Below the pieces are notes generated by a model. It was not told the origin of the DNA. It searched no databases and saw only the letters and a list, made by a program, of their open reading frames with translations. From assembly GCA_043820105.1 (NCBI GenBank), contig JBDREC010000015.1:1-46040 (forward strand): a DNA stretch of 46,040 nucleotides, given 5' to 3'. Shown piece after piece: positions 9,251 to 18,994 of the stretch. Numbering within the stretch: position 1 is the first letter of the stretch; the number at the start of each line of letters is the position of its first letter. Made by a program: the position numbers and the translations under genes. This stretch comes from Pseudomonadota bacterium (GTDB lineage Bacteria > Bdellovibrionota_F > JAHFAK01 > JBDREC01).

Positions 9251-11155
9251 TTAGAAGTAAATAGAAGCACCTATGCTTGCAGAAAAACTTTCATATGCAT
9301 CTAAAAAATGATATGATGCTTCTAAGTTTAATCTTAGATTTCTTGTTAAATAAAAATATTGTTTTAATTCAACTTCCATATAGTCAGCAAAGCTTCCGGA
9401 ATAGCCGACACCGTAAATATAAGAGGTTATTGTTTTTGCAAAAGAAGCTTCACTTAATTTCAAAAAGGATTTAAGGTGTGAACCTAGATAATAGTTATTG
9501 GTAAATTCACTTGAGGCATCCGCTTCAAGCATAATTAAATTTGTAAAGCTAAGTATTTCCCAAAAGTTAAAAGTAAGCCCTGGTCCACCATTTAAATAGA
9601 ATCCATAAAAATGTTTGTTGAGTCTAGGGCTAAAATCATAAGCTAGTTTTGAATCAAGCTCAAAAGACATTTTTTTGATATCAGAATTTATAGGTGAATA
9701 GGCTCCTATTTTGAAGATACTAGAGTTGAAACCAAATTTATTTTTGTTTTCATAATAATTTATATTAGTTGATAAAAATCTTAGGCTGCTTTCTTTTGTG
9801 TAACCTGCATCCTTATCTGAAATGTCATGATAAAGAGGGTTTATTTGAAGAGCGGAGTAAAAAGTGTTATGGTAGTATCCTCCAAAAATATCAAGTCTGC
9901 TTACATCATGACCCTTTAAAGGGTTTGCTTTAATTTGCATTGTAAGTTTTGGTGAGTTTAGTCTTTCACTTTTTTCAAAATCCTTATGCGAGAATAATGA
10001 TAAATATTGATTTTTGGATATTCTGCCATTTAAAAAGTTCATGTTATTTTTAATTTTTATAGCTTCAATTATAAGAGCTTTTCTATTTTCTTCTACTTCA
10101 TTTAATTCAAAAAATGATGATACCTTCAATTTTCCATGCATAATATCATTCATTATTTCAATTTCATCATCATTTAAGGCATTTTTTATTTCCTTAAGTT
10201 TTTTAGCATCAGAAGGATACAAATGAAAGGCCTCAATAAGACCTTGCTTAAATAATAAATCAATTATCTCAAGAGGAGTGGTAAATGCGATTTTTGTAAG
10301 CTTAATATTTGGCTTAGCACTTTTCAAAATGAGCTCTAATGCTGTTGCACAGTTCATAGAAAAAAAGAAGTAATCAGTATTAATGTTTTTCAGTTCCCAG
10401 GCATGTTTAATAAAATTATCTAATTCATCTTCTGATAAGACTAATTTGAACTCCCAGATATCACGATTTTGGAAGCCATTATAAAACTGTTTGAGCTTGT
10501 CAAAGCTTGAGAGCGTAAAATAGCCATCATAGGCGCCACTTATACCTTTATATATTAAACTAGTTGTTGTCTCGCCTTTTGGAAGATTAGCTGCAAAAGA
10601 TAATGCGTGGCCATTTGATATAAAATCATCATTGTTTCTTCTAGCTATTCTAAGAGCAATATGACCAAACATGGATTGAGGGGATGTGAAGGATTCGCTT
10701 ATAAATAGTAGAGAAATAAATTTTGCATTTATAATTTGATTATATTCTTTAAACTCTGGACATTCTATTTTTGGTAGATCGCTTTTTATTATATTTAAAT
10801 TTTTTTTAAGCCATTTTATTCTTGCTGGGAAGCGGCAGATTGCACTGTTTTCATTATTCTCATTTTGGAATAAGCTATTTAAAGTGGCTATTAGTTCTAG
10901 TTTTGGGTTTGTTTTTCCTTTTTTAGATAAAAAAAAGCTTTTGTTGTTAATAACACTTTTTCCATTTTTGTAATGGAGTAGGATGAGCCAATAAGGGTTT
11001 TTGGCAAGTTCCAGGTTTATTGCATTTTCAATGTAGTTGTTTTTGGTTGAGAGGGCGTAGATATTGGGATTAGGATTAAGATTAAGATTAAGATTTAAGA
11101 AAAGGAGAAATAGAAATAAGAGCTTAAGAGATTTTGGAAAAGGCGATGTTTTCAA
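9251..11155 (-). CDS. DUF4105 (Lnb N-terminal-like) domain protein with C-terminal beta-barrel-like region
   Basis: WLILLHY, CRFPAR, SMFGH, RDIWEF, YFFFSMNC motifs typical of DUF4105; terminal aromatic residues (SIYF). Confidence 0.8.
   Translation of the reverse strand: MKTSPFPKSLKLLFLFLLFLNLNLNLNPNPNIYALSTKNNYIENAINLELAKNPYWLILLHYKNGKSVINNKSFFLSKKGKTNPKLELIATLNSLFQNENNENSAICRFPARIKWLKKNLNIIKSDLPKIECPEFKEYNQIINAKFISLLFISESFTSPQSMFGHIALRIARRNNDDFISNGHALSFAANLPKGETTTSLIYKGISGAYDGYFTLSSFDKLKQFYNGFQNRDIWEFKLVLSEDELDNFIKHAWELKNINTDYFFFSMNCATALELILKSAKPNIKLTKIAFTTPLEIIDLLFKQGLIEAFHLYPSDAKKLKEIKNALNDDEIEIMNDIMHGKLKVSSFFELNEVEENRKALIIEAIKIKNNMNFLNGRISKNQYLSLFSHKDFEKSERLNSPKLTMQIKANPLKGHDVSRLDIFGGYYHNTFYSALQINPLYHDISDKDAGYTKESSLRFLSTNINYYENKNKFGFNSSIFKIGAYSPINSDIKKMSFELDSKLAYDFSPRLNKHFYGFYLNGGPGLTFNFWEILSFTNLIMLEADASSEFTNNYYLGSHLKSFLKLSEASFAKTITSYIYGVGYSGSFADYMEVELKQYFYLTRNLRLNLEASYHFLDAYESFSASIGASIYF
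11065..11100. repeat. Hexamer (TTAAGA-type) array inside signal-peptide coding region
   Basis: Encodes LNLNLNLNPNPN near the N-terminus of the DUF4105 protein. Confidence 0.8.
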
Positions 11156-11166
11156 TGCTTTGAAAT

Positions 11167-11571
11167 TTATTTAGCTGGGTTACATTCTGGTTTTTTATAG
11201 GTTTGCACAAAGACATTTTTATCATAGTCCCACATTGCATCTGTGCCATAATCAGTTGAAAAACCAAAAGTTCCACCTGTAATAAGGTTGCCTAGAGTTA
11301 TAAAATTAAATTTTGAGGCAATGATTAATTGGGTTTGTTGATAGCATTTATCTTCAACAGTAACAATAATATCTTGGCCTGTAGCTGGAGTAACCATTAC
11401 AGCTGGAGCGCTAAAGTGTACAGGACCTGCTTGAGTTGAAGCAACAACATCAACTCTTTCACCAGTACTAGTCATTACATTTACATTTCTGTTTGAACCA
11501 GAAATGATTGTAGCGCAGCTTGAGAAAGCAAATGCAATTAATATTAAAATAATAAATAATCTTAATTTCAT
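11167..11571 (-). CDS. Small lipoprotein (CATIISG type)
   Basis: Lipobox FSSC followed by ATIISG; C-terminal GNLITGG...DYGTDAMWDY; GAGG RBS. Confidence 0.8.
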   Translation of the reverse strand: MKLRLFIILILIAFAFSSCATIISGSNRNVNVMTSTGERVDVVASTQAGPVHFSAPAVMVTPATGQDIIVTVEDKCYQQTQLIIASKFNFITLGNLITGGTFGFSTDYGTDAMWDYDKNVFVQTYKKPECNPAK

Positions 11572-11710
11572 CTTTTACCTCGCAAAATTAAATTATGACG
11601 CCATAAATCATAATTTTATAGAAAATTAATATTTAAATGTAAACAAAAAAGATAATAAAAAAAATAGTAAAAAGTATGAGAGGGTAACAGATTATTTAAG
11701 AGTATTTGAT

Positions 11711-13828
11711 TTAGGCTGGTTCAACTGTTACATAAAAATCTATTGCACCTAGATCTAGTTCAAATTCATCTGTACACCTATTGTCAATAAGTTCAAGCTC
11801 TATAAATTCAGCTAATCCGCTATAAGTATCTTCGTATGATGTTCCTGTTAACCAGTCAGTTGAGAGTTCTGTTACAAGATCTTGTGATGCAGTTCCATAT
11901 ACAAATTCAAATGTCATGCCTAGCTCAATGTAGAGTTTTAACCAATAAGCGTTGATTCTCCATTCACCATATCCAGAGGCATTCGTAGTTATACTTGTAG
12001 AAAAATCAACAGCGGTTGTTCCATTAATATCACCGATTACAGAGATATCAGTATCAGCGAGAGGGGAAGTTCCATTAAACATGGCTGTAAAAGAAAAAAT
12101 TACTTCTGTATTAATAATAAGATCGGAAAGAGTAGCAGTTAAATTTTCGATAGTTATATTCATGTTATTATCTAAATATCCGGTAATAGCGTTTTTAATT
12201 TGAACAGCATTATCTTCTTCTGTTGCTGGTGAAATACTTTCATTTGCAAGTAAGAAATCATATAAGTCTAAAGAATGATCATTTGAATTGAATTCATGAT
12301 GAAATTCCACAAAGCATGTTCTTGCATGAGAGGAATCCTCCATTTCTAAACATTCTGTAATACTGTCATATGAAACAGTCATAAAACACAGTCCAGCTGA
12401 GGATACATTGCAGGATCCTAAGTCAGAAATCTTGCTTCCAGATGAATCATATGTTGCCAATGTTACTTCAGGGCTATAATTGTCACTGCTTGCCCATGCC
12501 CCACTTAAAAATGCAATGGCAGGGTCATACAATGAATCACCCTGGCTATCAACAAAAGGAATATTAAAAGATATTGTATCGATCATCTCCAAAGCCTGTG
12601 AATAATGGCAATCAGCTGTTGCTACTGAATCTGCATCTTGACCTGTTGGAGATGCCTGAGCAAAAACAATAAGAGCAATTGAAGTGATATCATCAGTAAA
12701 ATCAAATGAAATAGTGAATTCATTTGCATTTGTTGTATCTTGTGTTATTGCAAAGTTAGTAATGAATGAGGCAATTTCAGCTGTTGTAATGGAAATTGTG
12801 CTTGAGGATGAAGTTACTACTCTTGATCTTGCCTTAATCGCTGATTCAAGAAGGGAGTACGTTAGTAAATCAGAAATATCAGTTGTGCTTGATTCATTTG
12901 TGCTTGTTAATTCGACATTAAAGCTGACATTTGTTGTTTCATCTGTATTTGCTTCAAAGGAAGAAGAGGTAACTTCTGCTGCAATTGAAAAAATAACAAC
13001 TTCACCGTCTATTGTAACACTTGCGTCTTTTGCAAAATCAGAACTTATTTCTGGAAGTACGATTTTAGAACATGAATCTTCCAGTGAAAATTCATGAGAA
13101 TATCCAGAGCTTTCATCAGTTACAATTGAAAAAGTATGTTCAATTGCATTACTTGAAGTAGTGATTGATATATCTTCACTTAAGGTTCCGTTTCCATCTG
13201 TATAATCCAGGCTTATAGTGTATTGACTTGGGTCAATGTATTCCCCTGTTGTTATATCCTTGATATAAACTGTAAGTTTTCTTTCGTTTGCATTCTCTGT
13301 ATAACTGTAGGTTGAAAGAACTTCAGCTACTACTATATCTCCACAGGTACTGCCTTCTTTGCCAATAATCAATTCAAAAGAGATATTATCATCTGCATCA
13401 ATAACTTTTTGCTCACTTGTGGAATACGTAATCTCATTATATGTTACAGAAATTGTAACCAGGATTTCTTTTCCCTTTTCAATAGCTACTTCAGCAATTG
13501 AAAAATCGCCATCACCATTATTGGTCATTGTATATGAATCAGCTATTCCTCTTAGTTCAGCTCCAGTTATATCTTCAATTGTTATTACAGGAGCAAGATC
13601 ATCAATACTAACATCAGCTGCCAAAGAAAATTTGGCACTAATATTAAGGTTAGCATAGTTTTCTTGCGAAGCATCTAAAACACCATCAATGCTATCAAGG
13701 TAATTAGCTGATGTTTGAACGCCAGAGTTAGAATTTGTTGCTGTACAGCCCAATAAAAATGAAAATAAAATGATTGAAATTGAAATGAAATTAAAAAAAT
13801 AAACTTTGCTAATGATACACTTTCCCAT
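11711..13828 (-). CDS. Large acidic Ser/Thr-rich surface lipoprotein (~705 aa)
   Basis: Start moved from 13945 to ATG 13828 (AGGAGG RBS; a sigma-54 promoter lies in the extra 5' part); lipobox LLGC; beta-rich composition. Confidence 0.8.
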   Translation of the reverse strand: MGKCIISKVYFFNFISISIILFSFLLGCTATNSNSGVQTSANYLDSIDGVLDASQENYANLNISAKFSLAADVSIDDLAPVITIEDITGAELRGIADSYTMTNNGDGDFSIAEVAIEKGKEILVTISVTYNEITYSTSEQKVIDADDNISFELIIGKEGSTCGDIVVAEVLSTYSYTENANERKLTVYIKDITTGEYIDPSQYTISLDYTDGNGTLSEDISITTSSNAIEHTFSIVTDESSGYSHEFSLEDSCSKIVLPEISSDFAKDASVTIDGEVVIFSIAAEVTSSSFEANTDETTNVSFNVELTSTNESSTTDISDLLTYSLLESAIKARSRVVTSSSSTISITTAEIASFITNFAITQDTTNANEFTISFDFTDDITSIALIVFAQASPTGQDADSVATADCHYSQALEMIDTISFNIPFVDSQGDSLYDPAIAFLSGAWASSDNYSPEVTLATYDSSGSKISDLGSCNVSSAGLCFMTVSYDSITECLEMEDSSHARTCFVEFHHEFNSNDHSLDLYDFLLANESISPATEEDNAVQIKNAITGYLDNNMNITIENLTATLSDLIINTEVIFSFTAMFNGTSPLADTDISVIGDINGTTAVDFSTSITTNASGYGEWRINAYWLKLYIELGMTFEFVYGTASQDLVTELSTDWLTGTSYEDTYSGLAEFIELELIDNRCTDEFELDLGAIDFYVTVEPA

Positions 13829-13913
13829 TTTTCCTCCTGATAATAAATTTTTTCCAGACAACAGGTTTTTGTAAAACTCTATTGTGCATGTAAATTGTCT
13901 AGAAGTAGGCATT

Positions 13914-13930
13914 TGCAAGCCAAGTGCCAA
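13914..13930 (-). promoter_or_regulatory. Sigma-54 promoter (consensus)
   Basis: Minus strand TTGGCAC-TTGGC-TTGCA. Confidence 0.85.
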
Positions 13931-14075
13931 AACATAAAACTGCATATATGGTAATCAAAACTAATACTTAAGCGTTTTAAGGAAAACTTTTTATGTTAAA
14001 CTGCTCATAAAAAATACAATTGTTTTACACTTTTTTAACTTGCACTTTTCTTCAGTTGAATTATTTTCCTTAATT

Positions 14076-15176
14076 ATGATTAAAAAATTAAATATTTATA
14101 AAGCAAAGGTGCTTGAAAGTAAGTATAAAAAATATTTGCCTTTAACAGCCTTTTTTGCGGGTTTCATGTGGGATTCTTTAACTTTAAAGAGAATAGATAA
14201 CTGGCTTGATAATCTGATTTTATTTGTCTATTTGCTTCTTTTGGCGCTTTTCATTGTTCTTACAAATTTTGTAAATAAAGGTGTAATAAAGAAAAAGCTA
14301 TTTACAAAATATGCTGATTTTTACCCTATGATAATGCAGTTTTTTCAGGGAGGTTTGTTCAGTGCTTATGTGGTTTTTTATTTTCAATCCACTTCCTTAT
14401 CAAAGGCTCCAATTTTTCTTGCTCTATTAATTTTCTTTTTAGTAGTGAATGAATTTATTGAAGATAGGCTTAATAATTTTTACCTGCAAATGCCTTTATT
14501 ATTTTTTGTTAGTTTTTCCTTTCTAAACTTCTTTATGCCGATTATTCTAGGAGCAATGAATGTTTGGGTGTTTATTTTAAGTGGCATTTTAAGTCTTTTG
14601 TTTTTAGCTTTTATTCTTTTTATTCATTTAAAGAAAAAGCTTATTGAATCGAAAAGACAGTTATATAGTATTTCATCCCTCGTACTTGTTTTATATCTAT
14701 TCTTTAATTTGCTTTATTTTTTAAACTGGATTCCTCCAATTCCATTGTCTTTAAAGCATGGAGGGATTTATCATAATATTGAAAAAGAAAATAATGTATA
14801 TATTCTATATCATGAAAAGCCAAAGTGGTATCAATTCTTCAAAGACTCAGACAAGGAATATCATTTATTGAAAAAAGAAAGGATCTATTGTTTTGCTTCA
14901 ATTTTTGCACCAACAAAACTTAACAAAAAGATCTATCACCATTGGCAACAGTATAATGAAAAAAATGGAAAGTGGATAACAACTGATAAAATTACTTATA
15001 AAATTGTTGGTGGAAGAGACGCCGGTTATAGAGGATATACTTATAAGAGCTATGCAAAAGAAGGCAAATGGAGAGTTGAAGTGAAAACAGAAAATGACTT
15101 ACTGCTTGGAAGGATAAGTTTCGAGATAATCAGCTCAAAAGAAAAAAAGCTTGAACTTGAGAAATATGCTTATTAA
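14076..15176 (+). CDS. DUF2914 domain membrane protein
   Basis: Multiple TM helices, then IPPIPLSL, GGRDAGYRGYTYK, GKWRVEV; ATG at 14076 preferred over TTG at 14040. Confidence 0.8.
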   Translation: MIKKLNIYKAKVLESKYKKYLPLTAFFAGFMWDSLTLKRIDNWLDNLILFVYLLLLALFIVLTNFVNKGVIKKKLFTKYADFYPMIMQFFQGGLFSAYVVFYFQSTSLSKAPIFLALLIFFLVVNEFIEDRLNNFYLQMPLLFFVSFSFLNFFMPIILGAMNVWVFILSGILSLLFLAFILFIHLKKKLIESKRQLYSISSLVLVLYLFFNLLYFLNWIPPIPLSLKHGGIYHNIEKENNVYILYHEKPKWYQFFKDSDKEYHLLKKERIYCFASIFAPTKLNKKIYHHWQQYNEKNGKWITTDKITYKIVGGRDAGYRGYTYKSYAKEGKWRVEVKTENDLLLGRISFEIISSKEKKLELEKYAY

Positions 15177-15424
15177 TCAATATGATATATCAAATCACTC
15201 TGTTCTTAAGCAATCCAATGTTAAATTTTAAATCTAATTTGCTTGACTTGCTAGTTTGGAACTTATAATTTTCAATCCTATTTCGATTACTCATACCAAG
15301 GGTAATAGAAGATTCCTAAAAAGTCCGGTCAATAAACAGGGGATTTAAATTTGTAAAGATAAGGTGTTTTTACAAAAGTTTAAATTTAATATTTTTTTAA
15401 TTTAATTTTTAGGAGGGCTTTGTT

Positions 15425-15703
15425 ATGACAAAGGCTGAACTAATTAACAAGATCTATGAAGAAAATTATGACAGAGGCGTTACAAAAGTTATCGTTGAAG
15501 AAATCGTTGACTCTTGTTTCACAACACTTGCAAAGTCTATTAAAAAAGACAAAAGATTTACTTATCCAGGTTTTGGTACATGGACTCTAAAAAATAGAAA
15601 AGCAAGAATGGGCAGAAACCCACAAACAGGCGAAGAAATCAAAATTAAAGCTTCAAAGACTGTTACATTTAAACCTTCCAGTCGTTACAAAGATACTTTA
15701 TAG
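15425..15703 (+). CDS. hup: HU-family DNA-binding protein
   Basis: MTKAELI, GFGTW, RKARMGRNPQTGEEIKIKA, FKPS; AGGAGG RBS. Confidence 0.95.
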   Translation: MTKAELINKIYEENYDRGVTKVIVEEIVDSCFTTLAKSIKKDKRFTYPGFGTWTLKNRKARMGRNPQTGEEIKIKASKTVTFKPSSRYKDTL

Positions 15704-15733
15704 TATTTTTACTAAAAAATATTGCAAAAAAAT

Positions 15734-15767
15734 ATAGCCTGTTGTAAAAGCAACGGGCTATTTTTTT
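15734..15767 (+). terminator. Intrinsic terminator after HU
   Basis: ATAGCCTGTTGT-aaaa-GCAACGGGCTAT hairpin followed by a T-tract. Confidence 0.85.
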
Positions 15768-15788
15768 AACTTTTTTATGGAGTAGTTT

Positions 15789-16670
15789 GTGCATAGATTC
15801 AAAGAATTAAATAAGAAAAATGTACTAGAATTAATTAGAAAAGCTAGTTGCGAGCTTCCTTTAGATATTGAGAAAATGTTAATTTCAATGCGCGCAAAAG
15901 AAGATAAGAAAAGTGCTGCGTATATGATACTTGGCTCTATTTTAGATAATGTTGCTTTAGCAAGAAATATCTCAAGTCCGATTTGTCAGGATACTGGAAC
16001 TTTACTGTTTTATGTCACTAAGCCTTTTGACCTTGATTCACGAAAGCTTATAGGTGTTATTAAGAAGGCAGTTTTAGAAGCAACTAACAAAAGTTATTTG
16101 AGACCTAATACAGTTGATCCTATTACTGGTACTAATTCAGGTGATAATCTTGGTAATGGACATCCTTATATTCATTTTACTGATTGGAGTAAAAAAGAAA
16201 TTGAAATTAAATTATTGTTAAAAGGTGGAGGCTCTGAAAATGCTTCTATTCAATATAAGCTTCCAGATGCATCTTTAAAAGCAGGTCGAGATCTTGCTGG
16301 TGTTGAAAAAGTCATATTAGATTCCGTTTTTAAAGCCCAGGGAAAGGGTTGTGCTCCTGGTATTTTAGGTGTTGGTATAGGTGGTGATAGGCAGACTTCA
16401 TATCAGGTTGCCAAAAAACAACTGTTTAGATCGCTCGCTGATAAAAATGAAAACCCAAAACTTGCAAAACTCGAATCTAATATATTTAAAAAAGCTAACT
16501 TGCTTAATATTGGGCCAATGGGTTTGATGGGTAAAACAACGTTATTGGGAGTTAAAATAGGTTGCATTCACAGACTTCCTGCATGTTATTTTGTATCAGT
16601 TGCATATTTGTGTTGGGCAGCAAGAAAAGCCTCACTAAATATTACTACAAAGGGGGTGAAATATGCTTAA
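15789..16670 (+). CDS. Fe-S hydro-lyase (fumarate/tartrate) alpha subunit
   Basis: PICQDTG, KGGGSEN, GCAP, GVGIGG, GPMG, HRLPAC, CWAAR motifs. Confidence 0.92.
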   Translation: MHRFKELNKKNVLELIRKASCELPLDIEKMLISMRAKEDKKSAAYMILGSILDNVALARNISSPICQDTGTLLFYVTKPFDLDSRKLIGVIKKAVLEATNKSYLRPNTVDPITGTNSGDNLGNGHPYIHFTDWSKKEIEIKLLLKGGGSENASIQYKLPDASLKAGRDLAGVEKVILDSVFKAQGKGCAPGILGVGIGGDRQTSYQVAKKQLFRSLADKNENPKLAKLESNIFKKANLLNIGPMGLMGKTTLLGVKIGCIHRLPACYFVSVAYLCWAARKASLNITTKGVKYA

Positions 16671-17247
16671 ATTAGAACTTCCAATTGATGAAAAATTAAT
16701 TAGGTCTTTAAATATTGGTGATCAGGTTTTAATTACTGGAACTATAGTTACAGCAAGAGATGCAGCTCATAAGCTCATGATAGAAGAAAAACCTGATTTT
16801 GTAAGAAATGATCTTAAAAATAATATGATTTATCATTGTGGTCCAATTGTTCGAAAAGTTAAGGATGGATATGAAATGGTTGCCTGTGGACCAACAACAA
16901 GTATTAGAGAAGAACCTTATGAAGCAGATGTTATAGATAATTATAAGGTGAGAGGTGTTATTGGTAAAGGTGGAATGGGTCCAAAAACTTTGGCTGGATT
17001 AAAAAAAACTGGCGCTGTTTATATCCACGCTGTAGGAGGAGCCGCTGTTTCACTTTCAAAATGTGTAGAAAAAATTGAAAAAGTATACTTACTTGAAAAA
17101 CTAGGAGTTCCAGAGGCTTTTTGGGTTTGTAAGGTTAAAGATTTTCCAGGAATAGTTACAATGGATTCAAAGGGAAGGTCTTTGCATGATAAGGTTGAGA
17201 AGGAATCTGGCGAGAAATTGAGGGAACTTCTAGATGCTGGATGCTAG
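16663..17247 (+). CDS. Fe-S hydro-lyase (fumarate/tartrate) beta subunit
   Basis: TARDAAH, YHCGP, GPTTSIR, IGKGG, GVPEA motifs; overlaps the alpha-subunit stop. Confidence 0.92.
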   Translation: MLKLELPIDEKLIRSLNIGDQVLITGTIVTARDAAHKLMIEEKPDFVRNDLKNNMIYHCGPIVRKVKDGYEMVACGPTTSIREEPYEADVIDNYKVRGVIGKGGMGPKTLAGLKKTGAVYIHAVGGAAVSLSKCVEKIEKVYLLEKLGVPEAFWVCKVKDFPGIVTMDSKGRSLHDKVEKESGEKLRELLDAGC

Positions 17248-17261
17248 ATGCTAGATGCTGG
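17230..17261. repeat. Heptamer array (CTAGATG/CTGGATG) x4.5 overlapping the stop codon of the beta subunit
   Basis: Read directly; encodes LDAGC*. Confidence 0.85.
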
Positions 17262-17288
17262 CAGTAAAATTTAGATATTGGGGAAAGA

Positions 17289-17325
17289 CGTGCTCGTGCT
17301 CGTGAACGTAAACGTAAACGTACAC
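17289..17325. repeat. Hexamer array drifting CGTGCT > CGTGAA > CGTAAA > CGTACA
   Basis: Read directly, 6 units. Confidence 0.85.
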
Positions 17326-17387
17326 AACACCAATTAACCCAGCTTTTTATTGCTAAAACATATTAAAAAATTATAGGACATTAATAA

Positions 17388-17999
17388 ATGAAAAACATAA
17401 AATTATTAGCTCTTTTATTCTCATTCGCCCTTTCGTTTTCTTTGTTTGCAGAAAATAAAAATGTGAATACAAATTCTCCTATGTCTGTAATTAAAAATAC
17501 AATTGCTAAAGTTGAAAAACTTGTTGATAAAGGTCTGGATAGTGATGATGTTCAGGATAAAATTAAAAAAGAAATTAGGCAAATGTTTGACTATGATTAT
17601 CTGGCGAAAGAGGCTATTAGCGCTCATTGGTCAAAACTAACAAGTGCAAAACAAGAACGATATAAAACACTATTTAGGGAGCTGATTGAAAGAGCTTATA
17701 TTACAAAGGCAAAAAGTTATGTTGGTGATCAGCATAATGTAAAATTTACTAAAGAAAATATTAAGGGTAAAAAGGCAGATGTTTTTTGTAATGTTGCTCA
17801 AAAAGAAGTTGATGCTGAAATAATTTATAAAATGCATATTGTAGGTAAAACCTGGAAAGTTACTGATATCCTGCTTGATGAATCATCATTGTTAGCTAGT
17901 TATCAATCACAGTTTAATGGCTTTATTAATAAGAATGGATCTGTTGATAAGTTAATCGATAGAATCGCTGAAAAACTTAAAGAAAATAACAAATCATAA
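17388..17999 (+). CDS. mlaC: MlaC/Ttg2D-family phospholipid-binding periplasmic protein
   Basis: Signal peptide; FDYDYLAK, HWSKLT, WKVTDI, SLLASYQSQF. Confidence 0.85.
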   Translation: MKNIKLLALLFSFALSFSLFAENKNVNTNSPMSVIKNTIAKVEKLVDKGLDSDDVQDKIKKEIRQMFDYDYLAKEAISAHWSKLTSAKQERYKTLFRELIERAYITKAKSYVGDQHNVKFTKENIKGKKADVFCNVAQKEVDAEIIYKMHIVGKTWKVTDILLDESSLLASYQSQFNGFINKNGSVDKLIDRIAEKLKENNKS

Positions 18000-18013
18000 A
18001 GAACCCATCAATT

Positions 18014-18991
18014 ATGCCAATAAATTTAAATGAATTTTTCAAAGAAACAAAATTAGTGCTTGCACCTTTGGCTGGATATACAGATTCGCCATTTAGGCAA
18101 ATAGCTAAGCTTTGTGGTGCAGATTTGCTTGTGTCTGAAATGATATCATGTAATGGTTTAATTTATAATGAAAAGAAAACAATGAAGCTTTTAAAGTTTC
18201 ATGAAAGTGAAAGACCATTTGCAATACAATTATTTGGCAATGATCCTGAACTCATGGCCAAAGCTGCAATCATTGTAGAAGAATCAGGGGCTGACATTGT
18301 AGATATTAACATGGGTTGCCCTGTTAAAAAAGTAATTAAGAATGGATATGGTTCTGCTTTAATGGAAAATCCAAAATTATGTGGCCAGATAGTAAATAAA
18401 ATTACTAGGGCTGTTAAAATTCCTGTTACAGTTAAAATTAGAGCTGGTTTTTTAGATTCTAATTTAACTTATCTTCAGGTGGCTAAAGAAGTAGTAGATA
18501 ATGGAGTTTCAGCCATTACCTTTCATCCAAGGACAAGAAATGAAATGTTTTCAGGCGAAATTAGAATGGATGCTTTAAAAGAACTAGCTTCAAATTATGC
18601 AATTTCAGTTCCAATTATTGGAAATGGCAATATCGATTCTTTAAAAACTGCACAAAAAATGATCAGTGAAACAGGTGTGAAAGGTCTTATGGTGGGAAGG
18701 GCTGCTATTGGAAATCCCCTAATATTTAGGGATCTTAGGCAAGGACTTGGCCCGGAGTTATCTAAAGAAATGCAAGAAAAAGAAATATTTCATATGATTT
18801 GTGAACATTTTTCTTTACATAGAAGTTATTATAGTATTAAATCTGGCATTTTTAAATTCAGAAAACATTTGCATAAGTATATTAAGGGAATTGAAGGCGC
18901 AGCAAAACTTCGTAACCAGTTAATGTATATAGAGGATCCAAAAGACTTAGAAGAATTTATAAAAACTAATTTTGATAAGATTGGAAATTGA
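18014..18991 (+). CDS. dusB: tRNA-dihydrouridine synthase B
   Basis: LAPLAG, SEMIS, QLFG, DINMGCP, PVTVKIR, HPRT, IGNGNI, GRAAIGNP. Confidence 0.93.
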   Translation: MPINLNEFFKETKLVLAPLAGYTDSPFRQIAKLCGADLLVSEMISCNGLIYNEKKTMKLLKFHESERPFAIQLFGNDPELMAKAAIIVEESGADIVDINMGCPVKKVIKNGYGSALMENPKLCGQIVNKITRAVKIPVTVKIRAGFLDSNLTYLQVAKEVVDNGVSAITFHPRTRNEMFSGEIRMDALKELASNYAISVPIIGNGNIDSLKTAQKMISETGVKGLMVGRAAIGNPLIFRDLRQGLGPELSKEMQEKEIFHMICEHFSLHRSYYSIKSGIFKFRKHLHKYIKGIEGAAKLRNQLMYIEDPKDLEEFIKTNFDKIGN

Positions 18992-18994
18992 TAT

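Noticed and set aside
13829-13945. N-terminal 39 codons of the 744-aa ORF call
   Set aside because: The region holds a consensus sigma-54 promoter, and the AGGAGG RBS points to ATG 13828.
13975-14003. TTATGTTAAA as a dif site (also near 6389)
   Set aside because: It matches the XerD arm only; there is no XerC arm at the 6-bp spacing. Better explained as a promoter-linked box.
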